From contig MU008159.1 of NCBI GenBank assembly GCA_010909165.1, forward strand, positions 744,001-808,000: DNA of 64,000 nt, given 5' to 3'. Both the position numbers and the translations under genes were made by a program. Source of the DNA: Anthoceros angustus (lineage: Eukaryota > Plantae > Anthocerotophyta). Below are positions 26,201-37,625 of this stretch, in pieces. Each line of letters opens with the position of its first letter. Position 1 is the stretch's first letter. A model generated the notes under the pieces. That model was not told where the DNA came from. It made no database searches and saw only the letters and a program-made list of their open reading frames with translations.

Positions 26201-26759
26201 CCGCCCTCGCGCTCCTTCCACGCCTCCTCGCGAACTTGCGGCGCGATTTCTCTCCTCCGCGCCGCCGCTCACGATTCGCGCCCTTCCTCCTGCAGTGAGG
26301 CGGTTGGCTGGCGTGGTTGTATGTGGCGCCCCTCTTCTGCTGCGCTCCTCGGCCCCTCACGGAAAGTCGCGACCTCGTCTTTGGGTGTGCCCTTCTCCCG
26401 ATTCTCCGGGCGGTAGTCCCGCCACTAGGGTTGTAAATTCCCCAGTGCATGCGTCCGTTTCTCGGCCCGTGGTGGAACTAGCCACCACCCTTGACTACTC
26501 AAGCTGTGGCATGTTGTGAGCATAGCATATATAGACACCTTTTATTCTAAAAATTCCCAATACCCAAGGACTCTATTTCTACCCACCCTCACGGGGTCAA
26601 ACCTAAGGTCGAAAAATTATTATTATCTCCAAGGGCCAAGGACCATTCCGTATAAAAGACTCGACGATTCTCAAAGCACTTTGCTATTCTAACACATCAA
26701 AACAAAAAAATCGTTCATCCGACACTTGGGAGGCGGGGTTAGTGCATGTGGTCTTCACA
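23211..26759 (-). repeat. 5' LTR (~3.55 kb)
   Basis: TGTGGAATGGG...GGTCTTCACA; adjacent to the PBS. Confidence 0.9.
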
Positions 26760-27310
26760 GCGGCCGGGCCCTCTTGCGACCGGGCGGCGATCCTCAAATG
26801 GGTGGGCGATGTCGGACCTCCTAGGCAGGAGGGTGCGATCGATGTGGTATAGTCCTGGAATGAACATGCCAAGGTGGACCACCTTGGAGACAATTCTTGG
26901 TGTTCCTCCCGACCTCCGGAGAGAGAAGCGCCGGCGCGGGCGAATAATTTCGCCGGATCAGCGAGGCTCGCATGGTGAGAAGCCACCTCCGTCGGCGTGC
27001 TCGCCGTTCTTGATCCATGTGTGGAGACGCGCGAACCTCTGAAGGAGGTGAGGAGGCGAGCACTCGGGAAAGGGCTGGCGCCCTAGGCGGAAGGAAGAGT
27101 CTGCGAGGCTGGCGGTCCGGAGCAAGAGGGTCCGGGAGGAGGGCAGTGGGAGGATTCGGACTCCATACGTGAGGCGGACCCCGCCACCTAGGGAAGTGTG
27201 GAGGACATCCCGCTTCTCCTCCTGGTGCCCCGGGCCGGCCTTGAAGGCGGCCACAGGACGGGAGTTGGCGGTTCCAGCTCCGGCAGGCCAGCAGTCTGCT
27301 ACTCAACACC
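26760..27310 (-). mobile_element. LINE ORF2 N-terminus (APE endonuclease), the other half of the interrupted LINE
   Basis: Minus-strand SWN (~27280) then DVL (~27205) fit the SWN..G / D.L.L.ET start of APE domains. Same strand as 11942-13849 and joined across the TSD. Confidence 0.55.
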
Positions 27311-27578
27311 AACACTAGTCAAGAGTGGGAGGAACCCAGAGTGGAAGAATGGGAACGCGCCATGGGCTTTCACACCCATACCACTGCGGCTCCCAAGATG
27401 ACAGACCGACAGTGTTGTGCTGCATTAGGGAAGGCCATGGACCTACAGGAGGTAACCTGGCTTGTCAGCGTTTGTTTAGCATTTCAGCTCATGTCCTTCT
27501 CTGGCACATTCTCTCCAGCGGAACCCTCTACTTATGTTTGCTATCTTGATGCGGTGCACACTGCCGTATCTAAGAGAC

Positions 27579-29499
27579 GTAACCCTAATGAACAGGTGTC
27601 TAAGAAAATAAACCTAAGTGCCTATTCATACTATATGTGTGGGATATTAATAAACCCTTAACCCTTATCATAACTTCAACACCCTATTTCATCACCCCAC
27701 TTGTTGGTTGGTGAGGAAGGACTGCCCGAAATGCGAGCCGCTTGTGTGTGCGCTGAAACGAGCCGAGGCTATCCCACAATCGCTCGACTGCAGCGATGAC
27801 CATAGTGGCCAAACGGGAACATGCATTGTGCGTGACACCACCGGGCTATGAGTGCATCCTCTTATAATCCCGCCACGCTCTCACTTATTGCCATTGAGCG
27901 ATCGAGAAAGATTGCGCTTTCTCGCAATGTCTTCTTCCCGATCAGGTCCACCCACGCTACGCCAATTGCTGTGAGAGACCGTGAGGTTCACCTCTACTAG
28001 GACAGCCCTACTCGCTAGTGGCAAGTGAGATTGCCTCGTGCCTAGAAGACGAAGACCGCCTAGCCGTGTCTCACGCCCGGAGGACGCCTACAGTCTCACC
28101 AAGGCATGTTGGCTTAGTGAAGGGCTGGCTACTATTAGCCTTGTCAGTGAGAGACCATACATGGGTGAACCCTCCAAACTTGCAGAAATAGCTTTTTCCA
28201 AAGTCTTGCTGCCAAGCAGATTTGAGGATGGTGGTTATGCTTATTCAGACTGACTTGGTCAGCGTTTTGGAAGTTCCCCAGGAACTGACAAGGAAACAAG
28301 AATAGCCTCGACAATCGAGCCCTTGCTCCCTCAATTTGGTACAAGTGTGCATGTACATAAGGATGGTGGTCCGTGTTAGAGTCCATACTTGTCACGCTCA
28401 CCATGTGGTCAATGTTTATAGTAAGTTCCACTTTATTCACATCCGCTTTTCTTTTCTTCAAGATGTCTGTATAGGATAACTTGCTCACTCCCACTCACTC
28501 CAACAGGATCTCAAGACCGNCGAACCCCTAATGAACAGTGTCTAAGAAAATAAACCTAAGTGCCTATTCATACTATATGTGTGGGATATTAATAAACCCT
28601 TAACCCTTATCATAACTTCAACACCCTATTTCATCACCCCACTTGTTGGTTGGTGAGGAAGGACTGCCCGAAATGCGAGCCGCTTGTGTGTGCGCTGAAA
28701 CGAGCCGAGGCTATCCCACAATCGCTCGACTGCAGCGATGACCATAGTGGCCAAACGGGAACATGCATTGTGCGTGACACCACCGGGCTATGAGTGCATC
28801 CTCTTATAATCCCGCCACGCTCTCACTTATTGCCATTGAGCGATCGAGAAAGATTGCGCTTTCTCGCAATGTCTTCTTCCCGATCAGGTCCACCCACGCT
28901 ACGCCAATTGCTGTGAGAGACCGTGAGGTTCACCTCTACTAGGACAGCTACCTCTGCTAGTGGCAAGGAGATTGCCTCCTCAGGTGCCTAGAAGACGAAG
29001 ACCGGCCTAGCCGTGTCTCACGCCCCAGAGGACGCCTACCAGGTCTCACCAAGGCTGTGTTGGCTTAGTGAAGGGCTGCTGCTACTATTAGCCGGTTGTC
29101 TAGTGAGAGACCATACATGGGTGAACCCTCCAAACTTGCAGAAATAGCTTTTTCCAAAGTCTTGCTGCCAAGCAGATTTGAGGATGGTGGTTATGCTTAT
29201 TCAGACTGACTTGGTCAGCGTTTTGGAAGTTCCCCAGGAACTGACAAGGAAACAAGAATTGCGAGCCTCGACAATCGAGCCCTTGCTCCCTCAATTTGGT
29301 ACAAGTGTGCATGTACACGCGCATAAGGATGGTCCGTGTTAGAGTCCATACTTGTCAACAGTTTCCTGACCATGTGGTCAATGTTTATAGTAAGTTCCAC
29401 TTTATTCGTCACTGCTGCCTTTTCTTCTTCAGTATTGTGTCTGTGTTGTGATAACTTGCTCACTCCCACTCACTGCTTCCAACAGGATCTGAAGACCGG
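27579..29499. repeat. ~940-bp direct duplication around a single N (28520); probable contig-overlap artefact
   Basis: 27582-28519 is repeated at ~28523-29499, the first ~400 bp almost identically, with the junction exactly at the N. Confidence 0.85.
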
Positions 29500-29730
29500 A
29501 TTGGGAGAGAGAAAAGCCTGGAGACTGAGGAGAGGCTATGCTACCAAGAACGCAAGACACGCAACTCCCCGAGGTCCAATGAGAGCTTCTCCTCACCCTA
29601 TGAACCATACTCTAAGAACCCTGCTGAAGACAATAGTTCTGATTCAATCTCTCCATGTTCAGGAGATGAGAGATCAATCAGCTATGAGTCCTCATCAGAC
29701 TTCAGTTACTGAGTTCCTCTTAGCAGTAGA

Positions 29731-30900
29731 CTATGGTGGGTTAGCTAGGAAAGTGGATGACTCACCTAAACCCAGACCTTGAACATGTTTTTCATGTAGC
29801 TCCTTTCCGAGAGCTTTCGAAAAGATATCTGCAGGATTGTCTTGTATTGGTATGTACTCTAACCCTATCTGCCCTGATGTCACTAATTCTCTGATGTAGT
29901 GATACTCCATACCAACATGTTTGGTTCGAGAGTGAAACACAAGGTTTCTTGCAAGTGCTATTGCTCCTTGATTATCGCTCGGCTAATCGACAGTTGGTAT
30001 TCCAAGCCAAGCTCTTAGAGAGAGAAGCCATACCAAACCACCTCCTTAGCTGCGGCTATTTATACTCGATACTCAGCTTTTGTATTAGAGAGAGCCATTG
30101 TTGGGTGCTTCTTGCTGGACCAACATATAGGGGCACCTGCCATACAAACTACATACCCATTAAACATCTGTAGTTCATACTTCTTATAAGTTGACACTGC
30201 GCATAATGTTCTCAGGGTGGCAAGCTTAACAACAGGAGCAAAGGTTTCCAAGTAGTCCAAGCCTGGTACTTGTAAATAACCTCTTGCAACCAGTCTTGCC
30301 TTGTACCTGTCAAATGTGCCATCAGCTTTGACTTTCAGTTTAAAGACCCATTTACAAGATACCGTCTGTCTTCCTAGAGGTAACTTAGCAAGTTTCCAAG
30401 TTCCATTCTCTATCAGCAAATCATATTCAGACTGAATAGCTTTCCTCCACTCTTTATGATCAGGTCGTTACATGGCCTCCTCATAAAACTGAGGTTCAAG
30501 AGGATGCAACAAAGTGGGTACATTGGCCTGAACATTTGAAGATGAAACACGAAAGTCAGGAGCAGAGTAGTAATCAGGAGGCCGGCATTCTCAAGTAGGA
30601 TATCGATGAACACGCTTAGGCAGAGGCTCAGGGGCAAGTGTGTCAACAATGGGATCATCATGAGCCAAAAGGTCAGCATCTGCACCATCAGCTGCATCCG
30701 CATCCACCAGATCAGGTGCTGGAGGATTTTGTTCCTGAACTACCTGGTCCTGTCTCATAGGTTCAAACTGATCATCAGCAGCTATCTCTACCACATCAGA
30801 CATTTAACGATTGTGTTGAATGCTTCCTTCAAGTCTACAACTTGCATAGGTTGGTTCTGATTTCTTACACTCCATGCATAGACTCTACTATGTAGATTAT
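29731..30900 (-). mobile_element. Ty1/copia RT-RNase H fragment with internal deletion
   Basis: ENGTWKL, CKWVFKLK, RYKARLVARG, ETFAPVVK, then directly GYV..AGAPICWSSKKHPTMALS, ADNQGAIALA, FHSRTKHV, NPADIFSKAL. Confidence 0.92.
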
Positions 30901-31649
30901 CTGGTAGTGTAAATCTATCAAGAACTCTTTGCCTATCGCGTCTATTAGGATTCAGCTCAGCAGGGTGAGGCTGCCACTACTGGCCATCCTGATTGGCCAT
31001 TTCATTTCGCTTGATTTTGTGCTCTTAGAATGCAAATGTTTTGCATTCTTATTTCCTTTACAAAATATGATATTTGCCGATTAGGCATTTGTCCTAGTGT
31101 ATTCCCATTGAAATTGCTTAGGAATAGCAATCCAAGGGGAGTGCACTAGGATCTCTGCCTGATTCTGCAGAAATGATATAGATGTTTTAAGAAAATAGCA
31201 CAAATCATAAGCGGTAGTCCGACGGGCTGAGCGAGATGCCGCTTAAGGAGCCGGAGGGCACTAGCAGCAACCGCATCCGGAACCAGTGCTTTCTCCCACT
31301 AGGAGACGGAAGTGAGCCAACTCCCAGACTTCGTCCCCGCCACCGGATCCCAAACGTCGGAGGGCAGAGAAAGAGTTGGCCACGAAATGGGCCAAGGAGG
31401 TTGAGGGTCCGGCATCGAATGGGCAGGACCTGGGACTCCTAATTGAGGCCGGAGTGCCGGATCAGGACCGGCTCCGGCGAACGGTCTAGCGGTCCATAGT
31501 CGGATAGGGGATGCTTGCACCCTCGACGGGATTGAGGGGGCTTTGCCGGCTGCCGCGGTAGAGGAGACCCGGCAAGTCCTGGCGGACGGCATGATTTGGG
31601 GGCTTTGTCGTGCCTCGTGCCGAACGCGGAGGTCAAGCCCAGCGCGATG

Positions 31650-32982
31650 GTGGAGCTCTAGGGTCGGCGTAGGCCGCCCAAGCGCCCGCGGCAGTGGAGA
31701 GTTTGGCTAGGATTAAAGAGGAGAAGCGCCGGACGATGGAGAAGGAGGCGAGGTCCGCCCAGCAGGACCGTGCTAGAGTTCTTCAGTTGTGCGAACAGCT
31801 GAAGCACGCGCAGGAAGCCCAAGCACGCGGAGAGGCTTCGAGCCTGGAGATGGAGAAGGCATAACGGGCAACGGAGAAGCTTCACGAAAAGGCAGAGGTC
31901 GTCGGGTGTATAGCTACGAGTTCGCCTCAACAAGGAGAGCACCAAGCCCTGGAGGCTCAGCTGAAGGGGGGATGAGATGCGGAAGCCAACGCTAGGATGG
32001 ACCGGGACCACTATCGTAGGGACCGAAACCGCTGGAGGAAGGCAGCCGGAGCAGCCACTGCCCACCTGAAGGAGGATCAGGTGACATGGGAGCAAGCTCG
32101 AGCTGTCCGATGAGCGGAAATGCAAGAACGGCTGGGCGAGTTGATGTACCTCCTGGCGCATCTCCAAGGCACCGAGGAGGCGCGGCAACAAGTGGAGGCG
32201 GAGAAGGAGAGCCTGGAGCTACGGCTCCAGGTGGTGGAGGAAAGGATTGGGCTCCTCCAGGGACGGATTGAGGACTTCGAGCGAAAGGTGGACCGACTCC
32301 AGCTCTGCCTTCGGGCAGAGGAAACTCATTATAGAAGGAAGCAACTGGACGTCGACGAGCTTAGGAGAGAACTCACAAAGGCCACTCACCTGGTGCACCT
32401 ACCAGAACGACTTGAGAGGGAGATGCAGCTCTTGAGCCAGCAGATGACGGGCCAACACCAATGGAAGCAGGAAGAAAAGAAACTGCTGGTTTGTCTGCGC
32501 CAGGCGGAAGGGGGGGCCCGGTCCTTGACAGGCCAACTGGGAGCTCTGAGGAGAGAACAGGAGAAGGAGCGCGCCAATGAGAAGCAGCGGCTCCAGGAAC
32601 TCACCGAGGCTTCCCTAACGGCCTCCTGAGATGTCACCAAAGCCTAGTTGGAAGGCTTAGGAGAGGAAACGGCCCAGGGTGCAGAGGAACATACTGGACA
32701 CGCAAACACCGGATAGAATACCGGGTTCCCGCGGCCTGTGTGGAAGAAGCCATCCAGCAGGTGGACTCGGACTTCGCTTACTACCATGTGGAGCTCTTGA
32801 AGGCCATGAGCATGGTGCACCAGTGGGTCGAAGCAATAGGGCCACCGGAGGGTTTGGAGGGAGCCGGGAGAGAGGAAAGACTGGGGGAGAATGCGGCAGC
32901 AGGGAACCTAGGTACCCTGTTTGGAGATGAGAGTAGCAATCACATGAACTCCTCCGAGGACGGACCCAGAGGTCCGGCCTGA
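31650..32982 (+). pseudogene. Disrupted coiled-coil ORF, probably a retrotransposon accessory ORF
   Basis: Heptad-rich ORF 32120-32629 with E/R-rich fragments either side separated by stops and frameshifts, in a TE context; no family recognised. Confidence 0.35.
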
Positions 32983-34638
32983 GCGGGAACCCATTGGGCG
33001 CCGGGGCCCTGGTGGCGAACGGACGGGTCCCTTCCCATAATCGGACAGGGGTGGGGACCCACCAGGTATAGGGTGGCAACGTTGAAACTCCGGTGCAGTT
33101 ATCAGCAGAGCTAGAGGAGGACCTGGTGGTGACAGTGGTTGTCAGCGCACCTCCGATAAGAAGGCCCAATCGGGTTCGGGGGAGGGGGGCCCGGGCCCTT
33201 GCAGGAATGCAGGGGTAAAGGATAATAGGGCTGAGCGCCCCTCAGGCACCAGGGTTGGGGATTGGGCTGCCGGGGAGTCACCAAGTCAACAACATTCATC
33301 GCCGTGGATGTGGGTAGCCACACGAAGGCTCGCGTCACCACGCTGCATGTGGTGCCAAGAGGCGGTCTTGGGGTTGTAATAAAGGCACTGCCTTAGAAGC
33401 AATATAAGAGGGGGGTTGCCTCCCCCATTATGTGATTTACCTTTTGGGGTTGATACCATGTTGTGCACACTGACCCTTGCAAGACGAGTGCTAATGCGAG
33501 TCCCGAGTCACCGAGCGGCTGACTACTCTAGAGAGGTCTATCAAGGTTCTGGTAATGAACCCCCATGATTATGGAACATGAGTAGAGAGGCAAGGTAGGT
33601 ACAAGGTAGAAAGTTCGGCGGTAGTTTAGTTGAACCCTTGTAACCTCTGGTAGTTGACATAGCGGAGGTAGGGCCGTACCATCTAGTACCAGCCCGAACA
33701 AGTCAGGCGGTATCTTGAGCAATGTCTCTGGCGCCATACCGCGGGCTAAAATCCCGCTTAGAGGTCCGACCGGCTCACGCAGTCCGCTCCCACCCCTAGC
33801 GATCAAGAAGGGACGGGTGAATGGTCAGCGATAATAGCCTAGCCTTGATCAGGTAGAGCCAAGTAGGTAAATAGTAAACAGCCAAATGGCAACCATTCTG
33901 TGATCGAATCCCATACTACGCGATACAGGACTAGGGTCCGCCAGCAAAAGTTCGTCCACAGACATCTAGGCGGATGTAGTAGTGGTGAGCTTCATAAGGT
34001 CTAGGGAATTGCGACAAGGGCTTTCACCTCGGAAGTAGGCCAAGCTACGAAAGAAGGTGGCTCAGTATTATTGGAAGGAGGACACAATGTATGTACAAGG
34101 TTCATAACCTCTGGACAAGGTTCTCGAAGGAGAATGGTTTGTGCAGAATGCACTACATGAGATGCGTACATGTGTAGTCCTACTAATGATAATGTTTTGA
34201 CTTGGAGTTTCACATTATCAGGGGGATTGGTTTGCACCTGTATTTGCATATTAGATTTGTTTGCTTGGCTGTCTATTGAGGATATGCTCATATGAATGCA
34301 AGTGCTTACCGTGTACGACATGGCTCACATCTCACCAAAGCAAACCATAACCGATGGAGATTATTTAAAAAAAAACCAAAATTGAAATAGTCAATCTCAA
34401 TTAAGAGGTCAACTGGGTTGAATGTTTTCATCTAATTGACCGACTTAATTTACTCTAATTACTCTTCAAAATTCTCATTCATCCCTTTATACTTTGAAGG
34501 AGCGAGATAAGAGGTCCGAACGTATATTTACACAAAAACATCGCAATACGAGGAATCCCATTTATGGAATTTCCAATTAGGGAGGGCCAACAGAAGAAGA
34601 AGAAGAATTTTATTTAAGTCTACTGAGGATGGATTTTC

Positions 34639-34742
34639 GTCATCGGACTTGGTACTTAACAACTTGTACCATGGTGTGCCTAAGCTATGTACTTGCCATG
34701 ACTTGGTACTTAACAACTTGTACCATGGTGTGCCTAAGCTAC
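34639..34742 (+). repeat. Two 53-bp-spaced copies of GACTTGGTACTTAACAACTTGTACCATGGTGTGCCTAAGCTA
   Basis: Copies at 34647 and 34700; the core is the reverse complement of the array at 41740-41825. Confidence 0.85.
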
Positions 34743-35245
34743 TTGCACCAAGGGCATCCACTCCCTTTAGGGACCCCATCCAAGTACCGATCTAAGCTCA
34801 GGATGCTTAATCACGCGTTCTTATAAATGTGTGTCCATTTGGCCTAAGCCATTTGGACACACAACAGGATGTACCATACGGTACAAACTAATCAGGACCA
34901 TACACATGAGAATGACCTAATTCGTAGCGAATATGAGGAGCCCTAGACCTGCCTGTGTTGCCAACCAAGCGGTCCCGGCTTGGGTTGAGGAGGCGGGGCG
35001 GTGGTGACGTGCCCCCAACTGCGCAGTCTTTCACTTCTGAAAAGCTAGGATGCCCCAACCCTTGTCCGTCTGCGCACCATCGCCTGAGCCTTCGCTTACC
35101 GACGCCGGCGAGGTCCTTCGCTTCTCTAACTTGTGTTTACATAGCTCCACCTTGTCTGTGTGCACCCTTTCCCGAGAGTATTTCTGGTAGGTAGGTTGCG
35201 CTGCGCTACCTCGGCCTCGGAGTACTTGAGAGCGAGATACGAACT

Positions 35246-36608
35246 ATGGCGGAGCATCTTGCGTCCATTTTCGGCACAGAGAAGGACCGTGTGAACTGTC
35301 CCTTCTACTTTAAGATCGGTGCCTGCCGACATGGTGATCGATGCTCGAGGCTTCATAATCGACCTACCATAAGTCCGACTTTATTATTGTCCAACATGTA
35401 TCAGCGCCCAGACATGGTGACACCCGGAATGGACCTAAATGGTCAAAATATGGACCCGAGAAAGGTCCAGCAGCATTTCGAGGTATGCTTGTGCCTGTAT
35501 CGGATGGAAACTCGTGCAATGCTTCGTCGACCTAAAATTGGGGGGTACCTTGCTGATTCTGAATTGCGTGGGTAACGTACAGGACTTCTTTGAGGACATC
35601 TATGAGGAGCTGAGCAAATATGGAGAGCTCGAGAGCCTCAACGTCTGCGATAATCTTGCTGACCATATGGTAAGTCCTTCGTGCACTGTTTGCGAGTGTG
35701 TTTTTTTGGACCTGTGTGGAGACGGTGAACTGAGACGGGTTGTACTCCCGTGGTGTTATACTTCTTGTTGGTCTCCCAGGTTGGGAACGTTTATGTGCAG
35801 TTCCGAGAGGAAGAACAAGCTGCAGCAGCTCTGCAGGCTCTGTCAGGGCGGTTCTATGCAGGCATGTCCTGGGTCCAAGCAGGTTTAGGTTTTACTGCGG
35901 CGGCCATCTCATTGTGGAGAGTCTGATTTGTGGTTACTCCGTTGTGTCCATTTGCAGGTCGACCAATCCTAGTTGATTTTTCGCCTGTCACTGATTTCCG
36001 AGAAGCTACCTGCAGGCAGTATGAGGAAAATACCTGTAATCGCGGCGGCTATTGCAATTTCATGCATTTGAAGAAAATTGGCAGGTAGATGACTGTTCAC
36101 TCCCTTGCGTTGCTCTATCATTTAGTAGCAGTGCAGCTGAATTCTGTAAGTTCTGGTTTACAGGGAACTCAGGAGGAAATTATTTGGATATCAGAAAAGG
36201 TATAGTCGGAGCCGGAGCAGAAGTAGGACTAGGAGTGTGAGTCCTCGCAGGGACCATGACAGGTATGATCGTTATCATGATCGTGCCTATGATGAAAGGC
36301 CTCCTCGGGGAGCCAGGGGCTATGACAGGAGGTATGCTGAGCGGGAAGATCGTCGACCAGATCGTGATGATAGGCGTCCCTGGAGGCCTGAGTATGGGGC
36401 AAGGCCTGAGTACGGTGAGGGTCCTGTAGGCAGGCGCAGAAGTCGTAGCCCCATATGTCGTCGTACTAGGGGCAGTCCAGCAAGAGAAGGAAGTGCTGAG
36501 AGGCGAGCAAGGATTGAGCAGTGGAACAGGGAACGGGAGAACAGGGACAGGGGAGAGGAACATGCTGGAAATGGAAGTGCCACAGTGGCCAATGGAGACG
36601 TATTTTGA
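35246..36608 (+). CDS. U2AF35: Splicing factor U2AF small subunit (U2AF35), 5 coding exons
   Basis: [37 protein letters not shown] (ZnF1), [33 protein letters not shown] (ZnF2), RS tail ending [17 protein letters not shown]. Exons 35246-35482, 35583-35669, 35780-35861, 35958-36084, 36164-36608. Confidence 0.97.
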
Positions 36609-37625
36609 AGAGCCTGAGCAATGGAATTTGGTTTGTCCCATTCCTGGCTTACTGCACTTGGGTAGCGTGTCCAGGTCCACCCAAGCTATCTTTCCTCTTG
36701 GTAGTCTCTGAGGTGGTAGCAGCTCACAGACCATTTTACTCTGTGCAGGTGGTGTGCAGGATCACGATGCTGTGCCCTGCAATCTCAAGTCTTTCGGTTC
36801 TTGGGCTGGGACTTTGCTAATGTTAGTTGTGCATTTCCTGGTTTGTGCGCATGCAGGGTTCAAAGAATGCATTTCCAGGTTCATTGTGTGCGTCTGCCTG
36901 TTTGCGTCTGGTGCATGTTCTGAATGAGCAGGTCACCTGCCCTTGTGTGCAGCTGCCAGCAACACTTGCGGTCACTCTGGTTCAATCTTTGACCAGTGCA
37001 TGGGATATGACTTTGTTTATAGGGAATGTGCACTTTCAACCACGTAATGTTCCCTTTTTGAGTTTGCTGCAGGTCTCAGGTAGGTGAGAATCTCCAGTGA
37101 CATGGCATGCTGCATGCTAACATGATATCTGTTTACAGGTGGACGCGCGACAACCGGTGGAGAACTTGACCGCTTCTCGGTGATAACGGGGATGTGCTTT
37201 GCAGGAGGGGGGGAGGACTACTCTGATGCCAGTTTCTAAGAACAAGAACTCTCTGATCAAGTCTCCATGTTTTGCAGGCGCAGGAGACAGATGTAGATAG
37301 GATCATCCCTCTTTGCAGGTTCAAAACTGTACCATTCTTTTCTCCCGGCTGATTACAGGTTGCAGGTACAGGCAGCTGGCGGCTTATAGCGATAGGTTTC
37401 TCAGTACGATATTTGATTTTATCACAGGATTATATATGGATTTTGTCGTCGGCTCGCTGTCCTATATGTTGGGCATCATATGAGTATCTGCCGGTACTCA
37501 TGTCCCTACAGTACGTGCGATTGTGTAGACTAGTCATCGTGTCGGTCGCGTAGAGAACGCAGAGTTGTATGCAAGACAAACACATTCCCCGAGACATTTC
37601 ATCCTACACTACGTCAGGAAAGGTC

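Larger units (their letters stand above)
13850..26759 (-). mobile_element. Full-length non-chromovirus Ty3/gypsy LTR retrotransposon (Athila-like)
   Basis: Direct repeats 13850-17425 and 23211-26759 with TG...CA ends. TSD is (A)GCGG at 13845-13849 and 26760-26763. PPT and PBS are correctly placed, gag-PR-RT-RH-INT are in gypsy order, and no chromodomain was seen. Confidence 0.92.

Noticed and set aside
27150-27315. LINE C-terminal CCHC finger
   Set aside because: Domain order on the minus strand places this upstream of RT; an APE N-terminus fits better.
27579-29499. Biological tandem duplication
   Set aside because: The junction coincides with the only N, which is typical of overlapping contig ends.
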